NCBI GenBank assembly: GCA_047285305.1
Contig: JBJBDL010000003.1
Location: 448,001 to 512,000, forward strand
Source of the DNA: Synechococcus sp.
GTDB taxonomy: Bacteria > Cyanobacteriota > Cyanobacteriia > PCC-6307 > Cyanobiaceae
Reading direction: 5' to 3'
DNA: 64,000 nucleotides
A program made the position numbers and the translations under genes. Positions 10,242 through 21,191 of the stretch are shown piece after piece (the stretch's first letter is position 1; each line of letters starts with the position of its first letter). A model generated the notes under the pieces. That model worked only from the letters and a program-made list of their open reading frames with translations. It was not told the origin of the DNA and searched no databases.

Positions 10242-11342
10242 TCAGGGACGCAGCACCAGTCCCAGAAGCACAAGCCCTGCTGTGATCAGCCAGAACGCGG
10301 GCACCACGCTTCGTTCATCGGTGCCTCCCATCTCAAAATGGTGATGTAGCGGCGCCATGCGGAACACGCGTCGCCCCTGACCATCAGGGCCTTTCGTGGC
10401 CTTGAACACCCAAACCTGGATGATCACGGAGAGGGATTCCGCCAGGAAGACGCCTCCCATCACCAGCAGGGGCCAGAGGCTGTTGGACAACAGGGCCACA
10501 CCGCTGAGGGCGGCCCCCATCGCCAGGGATCCCGTATCGCCCATGAAGACCCGAGCCGGGTTTCGGTTGTGCACCAGAAACCCAAGCCATGCTCCTGCCA
10601 TGGTCATGCAGAAGCCAGCCAAAGCGGGATCTCCGTTGTCTCCTCGCAGCATCAGTTGAAGTGCCAGACCGGTAAACACCAGTGCTCCGCAGCCGCTGGC
10701 CAAGCCATCCAGGCCATCGGTGAGGTTGGTGGCGTTGCTCTCCGCCAGTACGACAAACAGCCCCAGCGGCCAGATCAGAAGTCCTAAGGGCAGTTCAAGG
10801 CCAAAGGGCAGGGCAATGCTGTCGCTGATCCAGCCCTGCCAGGCAGCGATTGCCAGAAATGCTGCAGCTGCCATGGCTTGCAGCAGCAATTTTCCTCGTG
10901 CCGTCAGGCCAGCATTGGTGTGTTTGGTGAGGCTGCTCCAGTCATCGATGCCGCCGATCAACATGAACGCCAGGGTCAGGGCTGCCAGGCTGAGCAGTTG
11001 TTGTGACGCTACGGCGTCCCGTGTGATCAGGCTCCCGAGAATGACCCCGACGGGAACCACCAGAAGGCCCCCCATCGTTGGGGTTCCCGCCTTGCTCTGA
11101 TGGGCTTTGGGGCCTTCCTCACGGATGAACTGCCCCATCTTCAAGCGACGCAGAAGGGGAATGCCTAAGGCTGAAGTCGCTGTTGCGCAGACCGCTGAGA
11201 TCAAGAGCGGCAGGCTCAGTTGCGCATTGGTGATCCACTTGTCGGCTGCAAAACTGGTCATCAAGACCACCAGCATGAGCAAGCTGGCACTCAATGAGCC
11301 GTTCTCCCACCAAGGACGGTGGTTCGAATCCGTGGATTGCAA
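10242..11342 (-). CDS. mraY: Phospho-N-acetylmuramoyl-pentapeptide transferase
   Basis: [40 protein letters not shown]; multiple TM segments. Confidence 0.97.
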   Translation of the reverse strand: MQSTDSNHRPWWENGSLSASLLMLVVLMTSFAADKWITNAQLSLPLLISAVCATATSALGIPLLRRLKMGQFIREEGPKAHQSKAGTPTMGGLLVVPVGVILGSLITRDAVASQQLLSLAALTLAFMLIGGIDDWSSLTKHTNAGLTARGKLLLQAMAAAAFLAIAAWQGWISDSIALPFGLELPLGLLIWPLGLFVVLAESNATNLTDGLDGLASGCGALVFTGLALQLMLRGDNGDPALAGFCMTMAGAWLGFLVHNRNPARVFMGDTGSLAMGAALSGVALLSNSLWPLLVMGGVFLAESLSVIIQVWVFKATKGPDGQGRRVFRMAPLHHHFEMGGTDERSVVPAFWLITAGLVLLGLVLRP

Positions 11343-11413
11343 AGCGGCACTGGACTGATCGCTGGGACCCTAGGTGAGTCGCTCAGTGGCGACCAGTCAG
11401 TGGGTGGGGGACG

Positions 11414-11683
11414 TCAGTCCTCCCACTGCTCCTCGTTTTGCTCGTCGTCCTTGTTGTAATCCTCTTTCTCACCCATGAGCGCGGAGAGTTCCTCCTCTTC
11501 GACGGTGCTCACTTCAGGTGAACCGGATTCTTCGTCAGCAACGAGACGGCCGCTGGTTTCCAGCCAGGACAGGAGGTCAGGCTCCTCACGCAGGGGTAGC
11601 ACAGGTGCAGGGTCGCGGCGCCCGTAGCGGGTGAGGGACGGGTTGACGCTGTCCAGGGCGTTTAAATCAACCAGAGCGCTCAT
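11414..11683 (-). CDS. Small acidic cyanobacterial protein (DUF3134-like)
   Basis: NPSLTRYGR...VLPLREEPDLLSWLETSGRL with a very acidic tail; upstream of mraY. Family name from recall. Confidence 0.75.
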   Translation of the reverse strand: MSALVDLNALDSVNPSLTRYGRRDPAPVLPLREEPDLLSWLETSGRLVADEESGSPEVSTVEEEELSALMGEKEDYNKDDEQNEEQWED

Positions 11684-11742
11684 GCAGGGAGGGACGCGGG
11701 CCAATCAACCAAGATAGACCATGTGCCGTTTTTGATCCGCCA

Positions 11743-11976
11743 CTGAACAAATCTGCGCTGCTCGTTCTTCTGTGGGGTCTGGCCCTGATTATCAGCTCTG
11801 GTCTGCATTGGTGGGGTTTGCAGCGTCCTGAACCGTTGCAGACCTCCTGGACTCTGGCGCTGCTGTTGGTCTTTTTTCCGGCTGCCGCGTTGGCTGCATG
11901 GTTGCTAGTGGCTTCTCCACAGGTGGCGGCCCGCGAGACGAGAGAATCAGACGATTGTGATCAGGAGACCCATTGA
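11743..11976 (+). CDS. Small two-TM membrane protein (~77 aa, probable CTG start)
   Basis: [60 protein letters not shown]...; stop overlaps argG ATG (TGATG); no nearby in-frame ATG/GTG/TTG before the first TM segment. Confidence 0.6.
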   Translation: MNKSALLVLLWGLALIISSGLHWWGLQRPEPLQTSWTLALLLVFFPAAALAAWLLVASPQVAARETRESDDCDQETH

Positions 11977-13187
11977 TGGGCCGCGCCAAGAAGGTGGTAC
12001 TCGCCTATTCCGGGGGGGTGGATACCAGTGTCTGTATTCCATACCTCAAGCAGGAATGGGGCATTGAGGATGTGATCACATTTGCCGCTGATCTCGGCCA
12101 GGGCGATGAGCTGGAGCCGATTCGTCAGAAAGCGCTGGATGCCGGTGCCAGTCAGTCGCTGGTGGGAGATCTGATCGAGCCCTTCATCAAGGATTTCGCT
12201 TTCCCGGCGATTCGTGCCAACGCCCTCTACGAAGGCCGTTACCCCCTCTCCACGGCCCTGGCGAGGCCTCTGATCGCGAAGCGCCTGGTAGAGGTGGCCC
12301 GGGAAGTGGGTGCCGATGCTGTGGCCCATGGCTGCACAGGCAAGGGCAATGATCAGGTGCGTTTCGATGTGGCCATCGCTGCATTGGCACCGGATCTCAA
12401 GGTGCTTACTCCAGCCCGTGAGTGGGGCATGAGCCGTGAGGAGACCATCGCCTACGGCGAACGCTTTGGTCTGCCCGCACCGGTAAGCAAGAAGTCGCCT
12501 TACTCGATCGATCTCAATCTGCTGGGCCGCAGCATTGAGGCTGGACCCCTTGAAGACCCGATGGTCGCTCCGCCGGAGGAGGTGTATGCGATGACGCGAT
12601 CGGTGGAGGCTGCTCCGGATGCCGCGGAAGAGATCGAGATTGCTTTTGAAGCAGGCAATCCGGTGGCGATCAACGGTCAGCAGCTGGACCCGGTGGCCTT
12701 GATCCGTGAAGCCAACCGTCTGGCGGGCACACATGGCATTGGCCGTCTCGACATGATCGAGAACCGCGTGGTGGGCATTAAATCCCGGGAGATCTACGAA
12801 ACGCCTGGCCTTTTGCTGTTGATCCAGGCCCACCAGGAACTTGAGAGCTTGACTCTGGCCGCCGATGTGCTGCGCAGCAAGCGGCAGTTGGAAATGCAGT
12901 GGGCTGATCTCGTCTACCAGGGCCTTTGGTTTGGCCCTCTCAAGGATGCTCTGGACGGCTTCATGGACCGCACCCAGACCACCGTCAATGGTGTCGTTCG
13001 TCTCCGGCTGCACAAAGGAACGGCCACGGTCACCGGCCGCGGCTCAGCAGACAGCAGCCTTTACGTCCCCGAAATGGCGTCCTACGGAAGTGAGGATCAG
13101 TTCGATCACCGCGCGGCAGAGGGCTTCATTTACGTCTGGGGTCTGCCAACCCGACTCTGGTCAGCATCCCAGCGCCGTTCAAGCTGA
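11976..13187 (+). CDS. argG: Argininosuccinate synthase
   Basis: [34 protein letters not shown]. Confidence 0.98.
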   Translation: MGRAKKVVLAYSGGVDTSVCIPYLKQEWGIEDVITFAADLGQGDELEPIRQKALDAGASQSLVGDLIEPFIKDFAFPAIRANALYEGRYPLSTALARPLIAKRLVEVAREVGADAVAHGCTGKGNDQVRFDVAIAALAPDLKVLTPAREWGMSREETIAYGERFGLPAPVSKKSPYSIDLNLLGRSIEAGPLEDPMVAPPEEVYAMTRSVEAAPDAAEEIEIAFEAGNPVAINGQQLDPVALIREANRLAGTHGIGRLDMIENRVVGIKSREIYETPGLLLLIQAHQELESLTLAADVLRSKRQLEMQWADLVYQGLWFGPLKDALDGFMDRTQTTVNGVVRLRLHKGTATVTGRGSADSSLYVPEMASYGSEDQFDHRAAEGFIYVWGLPTRLWSASQRRSS

Positions 13188-13550
13188 CCGCTGCCGCCTC
13201 TGCAGGAATTTGGGAAGCCTCAGAACCGGACAAAGTTGTGCGTTTTCCGGTTCTGAGCTTCTAGGTAGCGCCGGCTGAGGCCGTTCGATCTGGTCTTGAT
13301 CAACTTGTTCAGCCAGCAGTTGATAAAGCTCCATCAACGGCTCAAGCCGCTATCGGGAGCGGCGTTAAAAAGCCTCCGGTGGTTCGGCCAAAAGATCGTT
13401 TTAGGCCTCGATCTCGACCTTGAGCTCTGAAAGTCTCTCTTTCAGCAACCGAATCACTTCAGCGTCGCCATGACGCTCGTTCCAAACAGGTTCGTTTGGC
13501 TGAGGGCGGTCTTGTTTCGAATCAATGGGCGGACGGTATCGCCCACCCAC
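13179..13550 (-). pseudogene. Probable pseudogene of a ~123-aa protein with three in-frame stops
   Basis: One frame from GTG 13550 to TGA 13179 reads as a protein-like helical sequence, interrupted by TAA 13401-3, TAA 13365-7 and TAG 13350-2. Confidence 0.55.
13219..13257. terminator. 12-bp perfect inverted repeat downstream of argG
   Basis: CTCAGAACCGGA-N15-TCCGGTTCTGAG between the convergent argG and rpsF units; weak U-tract. Confidence 0.5.
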
Positions 13551-13567
13551 GAATCCAGCAATGCTGA

Positions 13568-13942
13568 TCAGTCAGCTGATGCAGCGGCTTCGGCCTGTTG
13601 CTGTTGAGCAGCTTCACTGCCTGGCATCACCCGAGGTGCGGGAAGAGGACCTTCCTGCTTCACGGTCAGGTAGCGGATCACGTCCTCACTCAGGCGCATT
13701 GCCTTCTCGAGAACAGCAACGTGCTGGCCATCGCCGTTGTGGCTCAGTTGCACGTAAATGCCCTCCTTGTGCTTCGCAATCGGATAAGCCAGACGGCGCT
13801 TGCCACGCATCTGGTTGTCCAGCACGTCGGCACCAGCTTCCACGAGCATGTCGCGGTACTTGGTGAGATGGCTTTCAACTTCCTCCTCCGGAATGTCCGG
13901 ACGAAGGATGTACATGGTTTCGTAATACGGATCGTGCGTCAT
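13568..13942 (-). CDS. rpsF: 30S ribosomal protein S6
   Basis: [36 protein letters not shown]. Confidence 0.97.
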   Translation of the reverse strand: MTHDPYYETMYILRPDIPEEEVESHLTKYRDMLVEAGADVLDNQMRGKRRLAYPIAKHKEGIYVQLSHNGDGQHVAVLEKAMRLSEDVIRYLTVKQEGPLPAPRVMPGSEAAQQQQAEAAASAD

Positions 13943-14022
13943 GGGCAGCACCGAAGGGGCATCAGGCTCACCGGAGTGAGCGACGGATTCATCACCTTAT
14001 CTCCTGGCGTGACCCTCCACTT

Positions 14023-14499
14023 TTAATAGAGCTGCATGCGTACGGCCTGGCTGATGCCGGGCAGATCCGGTTCTCGCCCGCGCCAGCACTCCACCAGGGC
14101 GAACAGAAGGATCGCCAGCACCGCCACCACGACTGTGCTGGACAGGGTGCCCAGCAGCAGGCTGCCGCCAGCGATCGGTTGGAGCAGGATGCCGAATGCG
14201 AAGCTCAGCACAACGATCACGATGTCGGTGAGCAGGGCCTGCAGAGTGTTGAAGCGCAGAAAGTAGGGAACGGCCGGATTCCGCACCACCGCCAGAAACA
14301 GCACGAAGAACAGCAGCAGGCCACCGAAGGGAACCCCCCGATCCAATTGGATCAGCGGTACGGCAGGAACGATCAGCAGTCTCAGCAACGGGATCTGGTT
14401 GAACACGCCGTCAGCCCCGAGGCCAAAGGGAATGGCATCACTCCAGGGGAGCAGGTACACCAGCGGTGCAAGCAGCCGCTGCCAGAGGGGAATCTGCAC
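14023..14499 (-). CDS. Tic20 family membrane protein
   Basis: GTG start at 14499; WQRLLAPLVYLLPWSDAIPFG, VVRNPAVPYFLRFNTLQALL, PGISQAVRMQL. Confidence 0.88.
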   Translation of the reverse strand: MQIPLWQRLLAPLVYLLPWSDAIPFGLGADGVFNQIPLLRLLIVPAVPLIQLDRGVPFGGLLLFFVLFLAVVRNPAVPYFLRFNTLQALLTDIVIVVLSFAFGILLQPIAGGSLLLGTLSSTVVVAVLAILLFALVECWRGREPDLPGISQAVRMQLY

Positions 14500-14524
14500 G
14501 GTGGAGCTAGGGATTGTTGGGACC

Positions 14525-15394
14525 TTAGGTCGCAAGAGCAGTCGCGGCGGCGATGCGCATCGCCGCGATAGGAATGTCGTCGCGTCCACTCCAAAGCCGT
14601 AGCGAGGCAGAGCCTTGCTGCACCAGCATCTCGAGACCATCGATGCAGTGGTGGCCCCGTTGTTGCCCAGCGGCGAGCCAGCTGGTGGGCCTTGGTGTGT
14701 AGATCAGGTCGTACAACACCGCTTCTCCGTTCAGGTTTGTCCAGAGCTCGGCCCCCAGTGGCATCGCCTCGGGGTCACCGTGCTGTGCCATGCCCACCGG
14801 GGTGGTATTCACCACGAGAGCCGCTTGAGCCACGCTCTCGTTGAGCTGAACAGCGTTGTCGAGACAGGCCGTCAGGGGGGCGTGGCTCTGCTGCAGATCA
14901 GTGATGAAGGCTTGCAGTGCCTCGTTTCGCCGCCCCACAACGGTGATGCTGCTGAGGTTCAGGGTCTGCAGACCGGCGACCACGGCTCGAGCTGATCCGC
15001 CGCAGCCAATCACCACGGCATGGCGTCCTGCCCAGGTGTCGTTGGCACCGAGGGGTGCCAGAAAGCCCTCCACGTCGGTGTTGGTGCCGAACCAGCCACC
15101 GCCCGCTCCCGGAATCAGAGTGTTGACGGCACTGAGCCGTTTCGCCAGCGGGCTCAGCTCTTCGCAGAGCTCGGCGATGGCTTGTTTGTGGGGGATGGTG
15201 ACGTTGAGGCCTTGGCAGCCAACGGCCCTGAGACCGTTCAACACCTGATGAAGGCTTTCGCTTGTGCAGGGCAGGGCCAGGTAGCGCCAGTTGAGTCCCA
15301 TGCTTTCGAGGGCGGCGTTCTGCATCACCGGCGAAAGCGAGTGTCGCACTGGATTGCCAAGTAGGCCCACAAGGCTGGTGCCGCCGTTGATCAT
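14525..15394 (-). CDS. aroE: Shikimate dehydrogenase
   Basis: GNPVRHSLSP, NVTIPHK, GTNTDVEG, GCGGSARA, VNTTPVGM, YDLIYTP, DGLEML. Confidence 0.96.
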   Translation of the reverse strand: MINGGTSLVGLLGNPVRHSLSPVMQNAALESMGLNWRYLALPCTSESLHQVLNGLRAVGCQGLNVTIPHKQAIAELCEELSPLAKRLSAVNTLIPGAGGGWFGTNTDVEGFLAPLGANDTWAGRHAVVIGCGGSARAVVAGLQTLNLSSITVVGRRNEALQAFITDLQQSHAPLTACLDNAVQLNESVAQAALVVNTTPVGMAQHGDPEAMPLGAELWTNLNGEAVLYDLIYTPRPTSWLAAGQQRGHHCIDGLEMLVQQGSASLRLWSGRDDIPIAAMRIAAATALAT

Positions 15395-15510
15395 TGTCAG
15401 GGCCGGATCGCTTCACCAGCCTGCCTGTTCGGGAACCACACCTCGCCTGTCACCGGGTCTGCTGTGGAGGATGAGCCCATTCAAATCATCATTTCTGGAG
15501 GTGGGCACCG

Positions 15511-17424
15511 ATGGGCAAGGTTGTCGGCATTGACCTTGGCACCACGAACAGCTGTGTTTCCGTGATGGAGGGCGGCAAGCCCACCGTTATCGCGAACGCC
15601 GAGGGCTTCCGCACTACGCCCTCCGTGGTTGCCTACACCAAGAACCAGGATCAGCTGGTGGGTCAGATCGCCAAACGTCAGGCGGTGATGAACCCAGACA
15701 ACACCTTCTATTCCGTCAAGCGTTTCATCGGCCGTCGCGTTGATGAGGTGAATGAGGAGTCGAAAGAGGTGAGCTACGGCGTTGAGAAGGCCGGCTCCAA
15801 CGTGAAGGTGAAGTGCCCGGTTCTCGACAAGCAATTCGCGCCTGAAGAGGTTTCCGCCCAGGTTCTGCGCAAGCTGGCCGAGGACGCCGGTAAGTACCTC
15901 GGTGAAACCGTCAGCCAAGCGGTGATCACAGTTCCCGCCTATTTCAACGACTCCCAGCGCCAGGCCACCAAGGACGCCGGCAAGATCGCTGGCCTTGAAG
16001 TGCTGCGCATCATCAACGAGCCCACCGCTGCGGCTCTTGCCTACGGCCTCGACAAGAAGAGCAACGAGCGCATCCTGGTCTTCGACTTGGGCGGCGGTAC
16101 TTTTGATGTCTCCGTCCTCGAGGTTGGCGACGGCGTGTTTGAGGTGTTGTCCACCGCTGGTGACACGCACCTCGGCGGTGACGACTTCGACAAAGTGATC
16201 GTTGATCACCTGGCCGAGACTTTCAAATCCAACGAAGGCATCGATCTGCGTCAGGACAAGCAGGCCCTGCAGCGCCTGACCGAAGCCGCTGAAAAAGCCA
16301 AGGTTGAGCTGTCCAACGCCACCCAGAGCGAGATCAACCTGCCGTTCATCACGGCGACGCCTGAGGGTCCCAAGCACCTAGATCTCACCCTCACCCGCGC
16401 CAAGTTCGAGGAACTGGCCTCCAAGCTGATCGACCGCTGCGCCATGCCTGTGGAGCAGGCTCTGAAGGACGCCAAGCTGTCCTCCGGTGAGTTGGACGAA
16501 ATCGTGATGGTGGGTGGTTCCACCCGCATCCCTGCCGTGCTCGAACTGGTCAAGCGGATCACCGGCAAAGACCCCAACCAGACGGTGAACCCCGATGAGG
16601 TGGTGGCTGTCGGTGCTGCCATTCAGGGCGGTGTGCTGGCCGGCGAGGTGAAAGACATCCTTCTGCTTGACGTCACGCCCCTCTCTCTGGGTGTGGAGAC
16701 CCTCGGCGGTGTGATGACCAAGATGATCACCCGCAACACGACGGTTCCCACCAAGAAGACTGAGACCTACTCCACGGCTGTGGATGGTCAGACCAACGTG
16801 GAAATCCATGTGCTCCAGGGTGAGCGTGAGATGGCATCTGACAACAAGTCGCTTGGAACCTTCCGTCTTGATGGCATCCCCCCGGCTCCCCGGGGCGTGC
16901 CTCAGATCGAAGTGACCTTCGATATCGACGCCAACGGCATCCTCAGCGTGACCGCCAAGGACAAGGGCAGCGGCAAGGAGCAGTCCATTTCGATCACCGG
17001 TGCATCGACCCTCTCGGATTCCGAGGTCGACAAGATGGTCAAGGACGCCGAGGCCAACGCCAGCGCTGACAAAGAGAAGCGCGAAAAAATCGACCTCAAG
17101 AACCAGGCCGAAACCCTCGTCTACCAGGCTGAAAAGCAGATGGGCGAACTGGGCGACAAGGTTGATGCCGATGCCAAGGCGAAGCTGGAGGAGAAGCGCC
17201 TCAAGCTCAAGGAAGCCACCGAGAAGGATGACTACGACGCGATGAAGACCCTGCTGGAGGAACTGCAGCAGGAGCTCTACACCGTGGGTGCTTCCGTCTA
17301 TCAGCAGGAAGGGGCTGCACCTGGTGCTGGTGCGCCTGGTGCTGACGCCGGTGCCGGTGCCAACGCCGGTGGTGGCGATGCCAGTGACGACGTCATCGAC
17401 GCGGAGTTCACCGAGACCAAGTGA
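15511..17424 (+). CDS. dnaK: Molecular chaperone DnaK (Hsp70)
   Basis: [30 protein letters not shown]-terminal DDVIDAEF. Confidence 0.99.
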   Translation: MGKVVGIDLGTTNSCVSVMEGGKPTVIANAEGFRTTPSVVAYTKNQDQLVGQIAKRQAVMNPDNTFYSVKRFIGRRVDEVNEESKEVSYGVEKAGSNVKVKCPVLDKQFAPEEVSAQVLRKLAEDAGKYLGETVSQAVITVPAYFNDSQRQATKDAGKIAGLEVLRIINEPTAAALAYGLDKKSNERILVFDLGGGTFDVSVLEVGDGVFEVLSTAGDTHLGGDDFDKVIVDHLAETFKSNEGIDLRQDKQALQRLTEAAEKAKVELSNATQSEINLPFITATPEGPKHLDLTLTRAKFEELASKLIDRCAMPVEQALKDAKLSSGELDEIVMVGGSTRIPAVLELVKRITGKDPNQTVNPDEVVAVGAAIQGGVLAGEVKDILLLDVTPLSLGVETLGGVMTKMITRNTTVPTKKTETYSTAVDGQTNVEIHVLQGEREMASDNKSLGTFRLDGIPPAPRGVPQIEVTFDIDANGILSVTAKDKGSGKEQSISITGASTLSDSEVDKMVKDAEANASADKEKREKIDLKNQAETLVYQAEKQMGELGDKVDADAKAKLEEKRLKLKEATEKDDYDAMKTLLEELQQELYTVGASVYQQEGAAPGAGAPGADAGAGANAGGGDASDDVIDAEFTETK

Positions 17425-17444
17425 TCGGGTGATTCCCCACCGCA

Positions 17445-18539
17445 CTAGGGCCCTGCGGGGCCTCTTTTTTTTGCCTGCTCAACGGCAGCGGCGACCCACT
17501 CGGCGGTGCCAGGTGTGAGCAGAACGCCGTTGCGATAGTGACCACTGGCGAGGATCAACCCGGGTTCCAGCTCCTCCAGTAGAGGGGCCGGGCGATCCAC
17601 GGGCCGGGCTCGCAAGCCACTCCAATGGTCAACCACCGTGGCTGAGCGCAGCCACTCCGGTGCCCGCTCATTCAGGTTGCGCATCAGGGTCAGAGGATCC
17701 TCCGAGGCGCGATCGCCCGGTTCCACGGTGGCCCCAAGCAGCAACCGCCCGGGTGCGGTGGGAATCAGGTTGAAGCCCTGATCCACCAGCACTGCGGGCC
17801 ATTCGCGCCACGATGCTGGACCCGTGGTCAGCTGGAGTGACAGGGCTTGCCCCAACACCGGTGTCATCGGGCGGGCATGGCCCAGGGGTTCCAGCAAGTC
17901 CTCCGCGCTCAGTGCAGTGGAGAGCACCACAACGTCGTGAACGGAGCTGTCTCCATTTGCTCGATGCAAACGCCAGTGTTTGTGATCGCGCTCCAATCTG
18001 ATCACTTGCGTGGCGTTTAGCTCCACGCTTTGTTTTGCCAGCGCCTGTCGCAGGGCCAGTTGCAGCAGCATTGGATCCACGCGACCGTCGTGGCGCGAGT
18101 GCAGGCCACCGTGGTTGGCCGTCGGCCAGACCTCTGCTAGGTCGGCGTTGGCGACCATTTGCAGGCCTAGGTCAACGCGCTGAGCGGCCAGCGACTCCAT
18201 TCGCTCAGCCGCTCGTTCGTCCTCGGCGATTTGCAGCAGGCCCGGATGGAGTTTGAGGTCAGGCTGGTGAGCTTGCAGAGTTTTGATCCATTGCGGCCAG
18301 AGCTCCATGCTCCTGAGGCGCAGTCTCCAGCCCCGGCCGCTGCTGCGCCGAAACACATGGCCCATCAGCACCCCGAGGGATGCCGATGTTCCATTCAAAT
18401 CGTTTGCTGATCCCTCGCGATCAACCGACTGGTTCAGGCGAGGGTCGGAAACAGAAACATTGTGCCCTTGCTGGGCGAGATGCCAGGCGGTGCCGAGGCC
18501 GATGGCCCCAGCACCAATCACTCCAACTGAGTGAGTCAG
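17445..18539 (-). CDS. FAD-dependent oxidoreductase (DadA/ThiO glycine oxidase-like)
   Basis: VIGAGAIG Rossmann motif, WSGLRARP, GHYRNGVLL. Start is either GTG 18521 or CTG 18539 overlapping the psbQ stop. Confidence 0.88.
   Translation of the reverse strand: MTHSVGVIGAGAIGLGTAWHLAQQGHNVSVSDPRLNQSVDREGSANDLNGTSASLGVLMGHVFRRSSGRGWRLRLRSMELWPQWIKTLQAHQPDLKLHPGLLQIAEDERAAERMESLAAQRVDLGLQMVANADLAEVWPTANHGGLHSRHDGRVDPMLLQLALRQALAKQSVELNATQVIRLERDHKHWRLHRANGDSSVHDVVVLSTALSAEDLLEPLGHARPMTPVLGQALSLQLTTGPASWREWPAVLVDQGFNLIPTAPGRLLLGATVEPGDRASEDPLTLMRNLNERAPEWLRSATVVDHWSGLRARPVDRPAPLLEELEPGLILASGHYRNGVLLTPGTAEWVAAAVEQAKKRGPAGP
17448..17472 (+). terminator. Rho-independent terminator of dnaK
   Basis: GGGCCC-TGCG-GGGCCT stem-loop followed by CTTTTTTTT. 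Confidence 0.8.
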
Positions 18540-18985
18540 TTGAAGGCCTCAGAGGGGATGAGATCGCTGTAGGCATCAAATCCTGCAGCCACGGCGCTGT
18601 AGGACTTCTGAAGTCGGCTGAAGTCCTGCAGACGCGCTGCTTCATCGAGGTCAGCGAGAGCTTCTTTCAAGGAGCGGGCCACCTTGGTGGCTTCCTTGCG
18701 TTCGCTCTTGTCGAGGCGCTGATTGATGTAGAGCATTTCCCGACTCACTTCCTGCATGGGGCCATGTAAGAGGTTGCGGGTGAACACCCAATCCTTCTCA
18801 CTCACCAGGCGGGCCAGGTCAGGCAGTCGGGATTTTGCGTCTTCAAAGGCTGCGGCTTGGCGGCGGATCACGCCCAGGTCGTCAGGATTGATGCCGCCGG
18901 CATTGGCAGCAGCCGGGGCTATCAGACCCAGACTCAAAGCGACGCAGAGGCAGAACGCAGCAAGGCGGCTCAGAGCCTTCAGCAT
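18536..18985 (-). CDS. psbQ: Photosystem II extrinsic protein PsbQ (CyanoQ)
   Basis: Signal peptide then helical bundle with DWVFTRNLLHGPM and LADLDEAAR, typical of cyanobacterial PsbQ. Confidence 0.85.
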   Translation of the reverse strand: MLKALSRLAAFCLCVALSLGLIAPAAANAGGINPDDLGVIRRQAAAFEDAKSRLPDLARLVSEKDWVFTRNLLHGPMQEVSREMLYINQRLDKSERKEATKVARSLKEALADLDEAARLQDFSRLQKSYSAVAAGFDAYSDLIPSEAFN

Positions 18986-19059
18986 GGTGATCGAAAATGT
19001 CCCTGCGACTTTAACCAGCTCCTCTTGCGCGGGAGAATTTTGTTTTTCAAAGCGTTGTT

Positions 19060-19914
19060 GTGAGTGACGCCACGGTCATCCTGCAGATGATCTGCTCCGA
19101 TCGGCCCGGCCTGGTCAGCGAATTGGCGGGTTGGGTGGCGGCCAATGGCGGCAGCATTCGTCATGCCGATCACCACACGGATGCGGGAGCTGGGTTGTTT
19201 CTCAGCCGGATTGAGTGGCAGCTCCATGGATTTGGCATTCCCCGGGATGTGCTTCCTGAAGCGGCTCAGGCTCTGGGACAGCGGCTTGGTGGTGAAGCGC
19301 AGCTCCACTTCTCAGACGTCCATCCCCGTGTGGCGATTTTTGCCAGCAAGCAGAGCCACTGCTTGCAGGACTTGCTCTGGCGGGTTCAAAGCCGGGAGCT
19401 GCCCATGCAGGTTCCCTTGGTCATTGCCAACCATCCGGATCTGGAACCCCTATGTGCGTCGTTTGAGGTTCCTTTTGTTTGTGTCCCGGTCAGTCGGGAC
19501 ACCAAGGCTGAAGCGGAGCAGCGGATCCTGCAGCTGCTTGAAGAGAACAAGATTGAACTTGCGGTGCTGGCCAAATACATGCAAGTGCTGAGCAGTGATT
19601 TCCTCAAGCGTTTTCCCGAGGTGATCAACATTCACCACTCGTTTCTGCCTGCGTTCAAGGGCGCTCAGCCTTATCACCGGGCCTGGGACCGTGGAGTCAA
19701 GCTCATCGGTGCTACAGCCCATTACGTCACCGAAGATCTGGATGATGGCCCGATCATTGAGCAAACCACTGTTCCCGTAAGCCACCGGGACGAGGTTGAG
19801 GATTTGATCCGCAAAGGCCGAGACACGGAACGTCTTGCCTTGGCGCGGGCCCTTCGCCTTCATCTGCGCCGTCAGGTGATGGTCTACCGCGGCCGTACGG
19901 CGGTGTTCGCATGA
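19060..19914 (+). CDS. purU: Formyltetrahydrofolate deformylase
   Basis: N-terminal ACT domain (DRPGLV), INIHHSFLPAFKGAQPY, GVKLIGATAHYVT, DDGPII. Confidence 0.97.
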   Translation: MSDATVILQMICSDRPGLVSELAGWVAANGGSIRHADHHTDAGAGLFLSRIEWQLHGFGIPRDVLPEAAQALGQRLGGEAQLHFSDVHPRVAIFASKQSHCLQDLLWRVQSRELPMQVPLVIANHPDLEPLCASFEVPFVCVPVSRDTKAEAEQRILQLLEENKIELAVLAKYMQVLSSDFLKRFPEVINIHHSFLPAFKGAQPYHRAWDRGVKLIGATAHYVTEDLDDGPIIEQTTVPVSHRDEVEDLIRKGRDTERLALARALRLHLRRQVMVYRGRTAVFA

Positions 19915-21191
19915 CGGCCCGTCTGTGCACATGGCTGAGGGGCGACTGCCCGGCCGCTGCTTCCCTCTGGGGTTGGTGCCTGTTTCAGCTCGGACTGTTG
20001 CTGCTTCCTTCCTCAGTCTTCCTGGCCAGCCTGCTGTTGCTGCCGGCCTTGGTCCTGGGCAGCCTCAGTCGTGAATCCGCCTACTGGCGTGATCGCTGGA
20101 ACTGGCCGCTCATGGTGGCTGGCGGGCTCATGCTGCTCGGCTGTTTCAGCGCCTTGCGTGCTGATCTGGCTTGGGCCGGTCTGGCCAATTGGCTGCCTTT
20201 CTTCTGGGGGTTCTGGGGGTTCCAGCCCTATGTGGCGGAGGCGGGGGCGCGTCGCCGTGCGGCGCTCTGGTTGGTGGCGGGGACGGTGCCTGTTTTGGTG
20301 ACCGGCTTGGGTCAGTTGTGGTTGGGGTGGCAGGGGCCCTGGCAGTTCCTGGGGGGCCTGGTGATCTGGTTCGTGGCCCCTGGGGGCGAGCCGAAGGGCC
20401 GACTGTCGGGCTTGTTCGATTACGCCAACATCGCCGCGGCCTGGATGGCACTGGTATGGCCGTTGATGTTGGCGGCCCTGATTCAGCCTGGTTTGAACCG
20501 CTTTCGTCGTGTGGTGATCTTCAGCCTCGCCGCAGCCTTGGTGATTGCGTTGGTGCTCACCGACTCACGCAATGGCTGGGGTGCGTTGGTGTTGGCGGTG
20601 CCCGTGGTGCTTGGGCCGGTGAGTTGGCCCTGGTTGTTACCCCTGCTGGCCCTTGGATTGATCCCTGTTCTGTTGGCGGTTTTGCAAGGTGTTCCGGAGC
20701 TTCTCCAGGACCCTGCCCGGGTTTTGGTTCCTGAGTCGGTGTGGTCACGGCTTGGCGATAGCCGCTATGCGGGGGAGCGTCCTCTCGCCTCTACCCGTGT
20801 TGGTCAGTGGGGCGTGGCTTTGCAGTTGATCGCTGAAAGACCATGGCTGGGCTGGGGTGCTGCAGCTTTTTCTGTGCTGTATCCCCTGCGCACTGGCATA
20901 TGGCATGGCCACTCCCACAATCTGCCGTTGGAGCTGGCGGTCAGCAGTGGGGTTCCGGCGATGCTTGCTCTAGTAGGTCTGGTGCTGGCGTTATTGATCG
21001 TTTCCTTGCGGTGCAGCCGTATGAAATTGTTTGATCGTGCCTGGTGGGGTGCGGTGTTGGTGCTGGTGGTGCTTCATGGCACCGACGTGCCTTTCTTTGA
21101 TAGCCGCTTGAACATTGCCGGTTGGATCCTGCTGGCCGGACTGCGCAGTCGGATTCGGCAGAGCGAGACGGCAGCGGTCAGCCCAGGCTGA
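19911..21191 (+). CDS. O-antigen ligase (Wzy_C/IctB-like) family membrane protein
   Basis: Multi-TM; RLSGLFDYANIAA, LTDSRNGW, PWLGWG, HSHNLPLEL; ATGA overlap with purU. Confidence 0.85.
   Translation: MTARLCTWLRGDCPAAASLWGWCLFQLGLLLLPSSVFLASLLLLPALVLGSLSRESAYWRDRWNWPLMVAGGLMLLGCFSALRADLAWAGLANWLPFFWGFWGFQPYVAEAGARRRAALWLVAGTVPVLVTGLGQLWLGWQGPWQFLGGLVIWFVAPGGEPKGRLSGLFDYANIAAAWMALVWPLMLAALIQPGLNRFRRVVIFSLAAALVIALVLTDSRNGWGALVLAVPVVLGPVSWPWLLPLLALGLIPVLLAVLQGVPELLQDPARVLVPESVWSRLGDSRYAGERPLASTRVGQWGVALQLIAERPWLGWGAAAFSVLYPLRTGIWHGHSHNLPLELAVSSGVPAMLALVGLVLALLIVSLRCSRMKLFDRAWWGAVLVLVVLHGTDVPFFDSRLNIAGWILLAGLRSRIRQSETAAVSPG

Noticed and set aside
17310..17380. Gly/Ala-rich quasi-repeats at the end of dnaK
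   Set aside because: Ordinary disordered Hsp70 C-terminal tail.
15481..17445. Long antisense ORFs opposite dnaK (298 and 355 aa)
   Set aside because: In-register shadow frames caused by codon bias of a highly expressed GC-rich gene; no motifs of their own.
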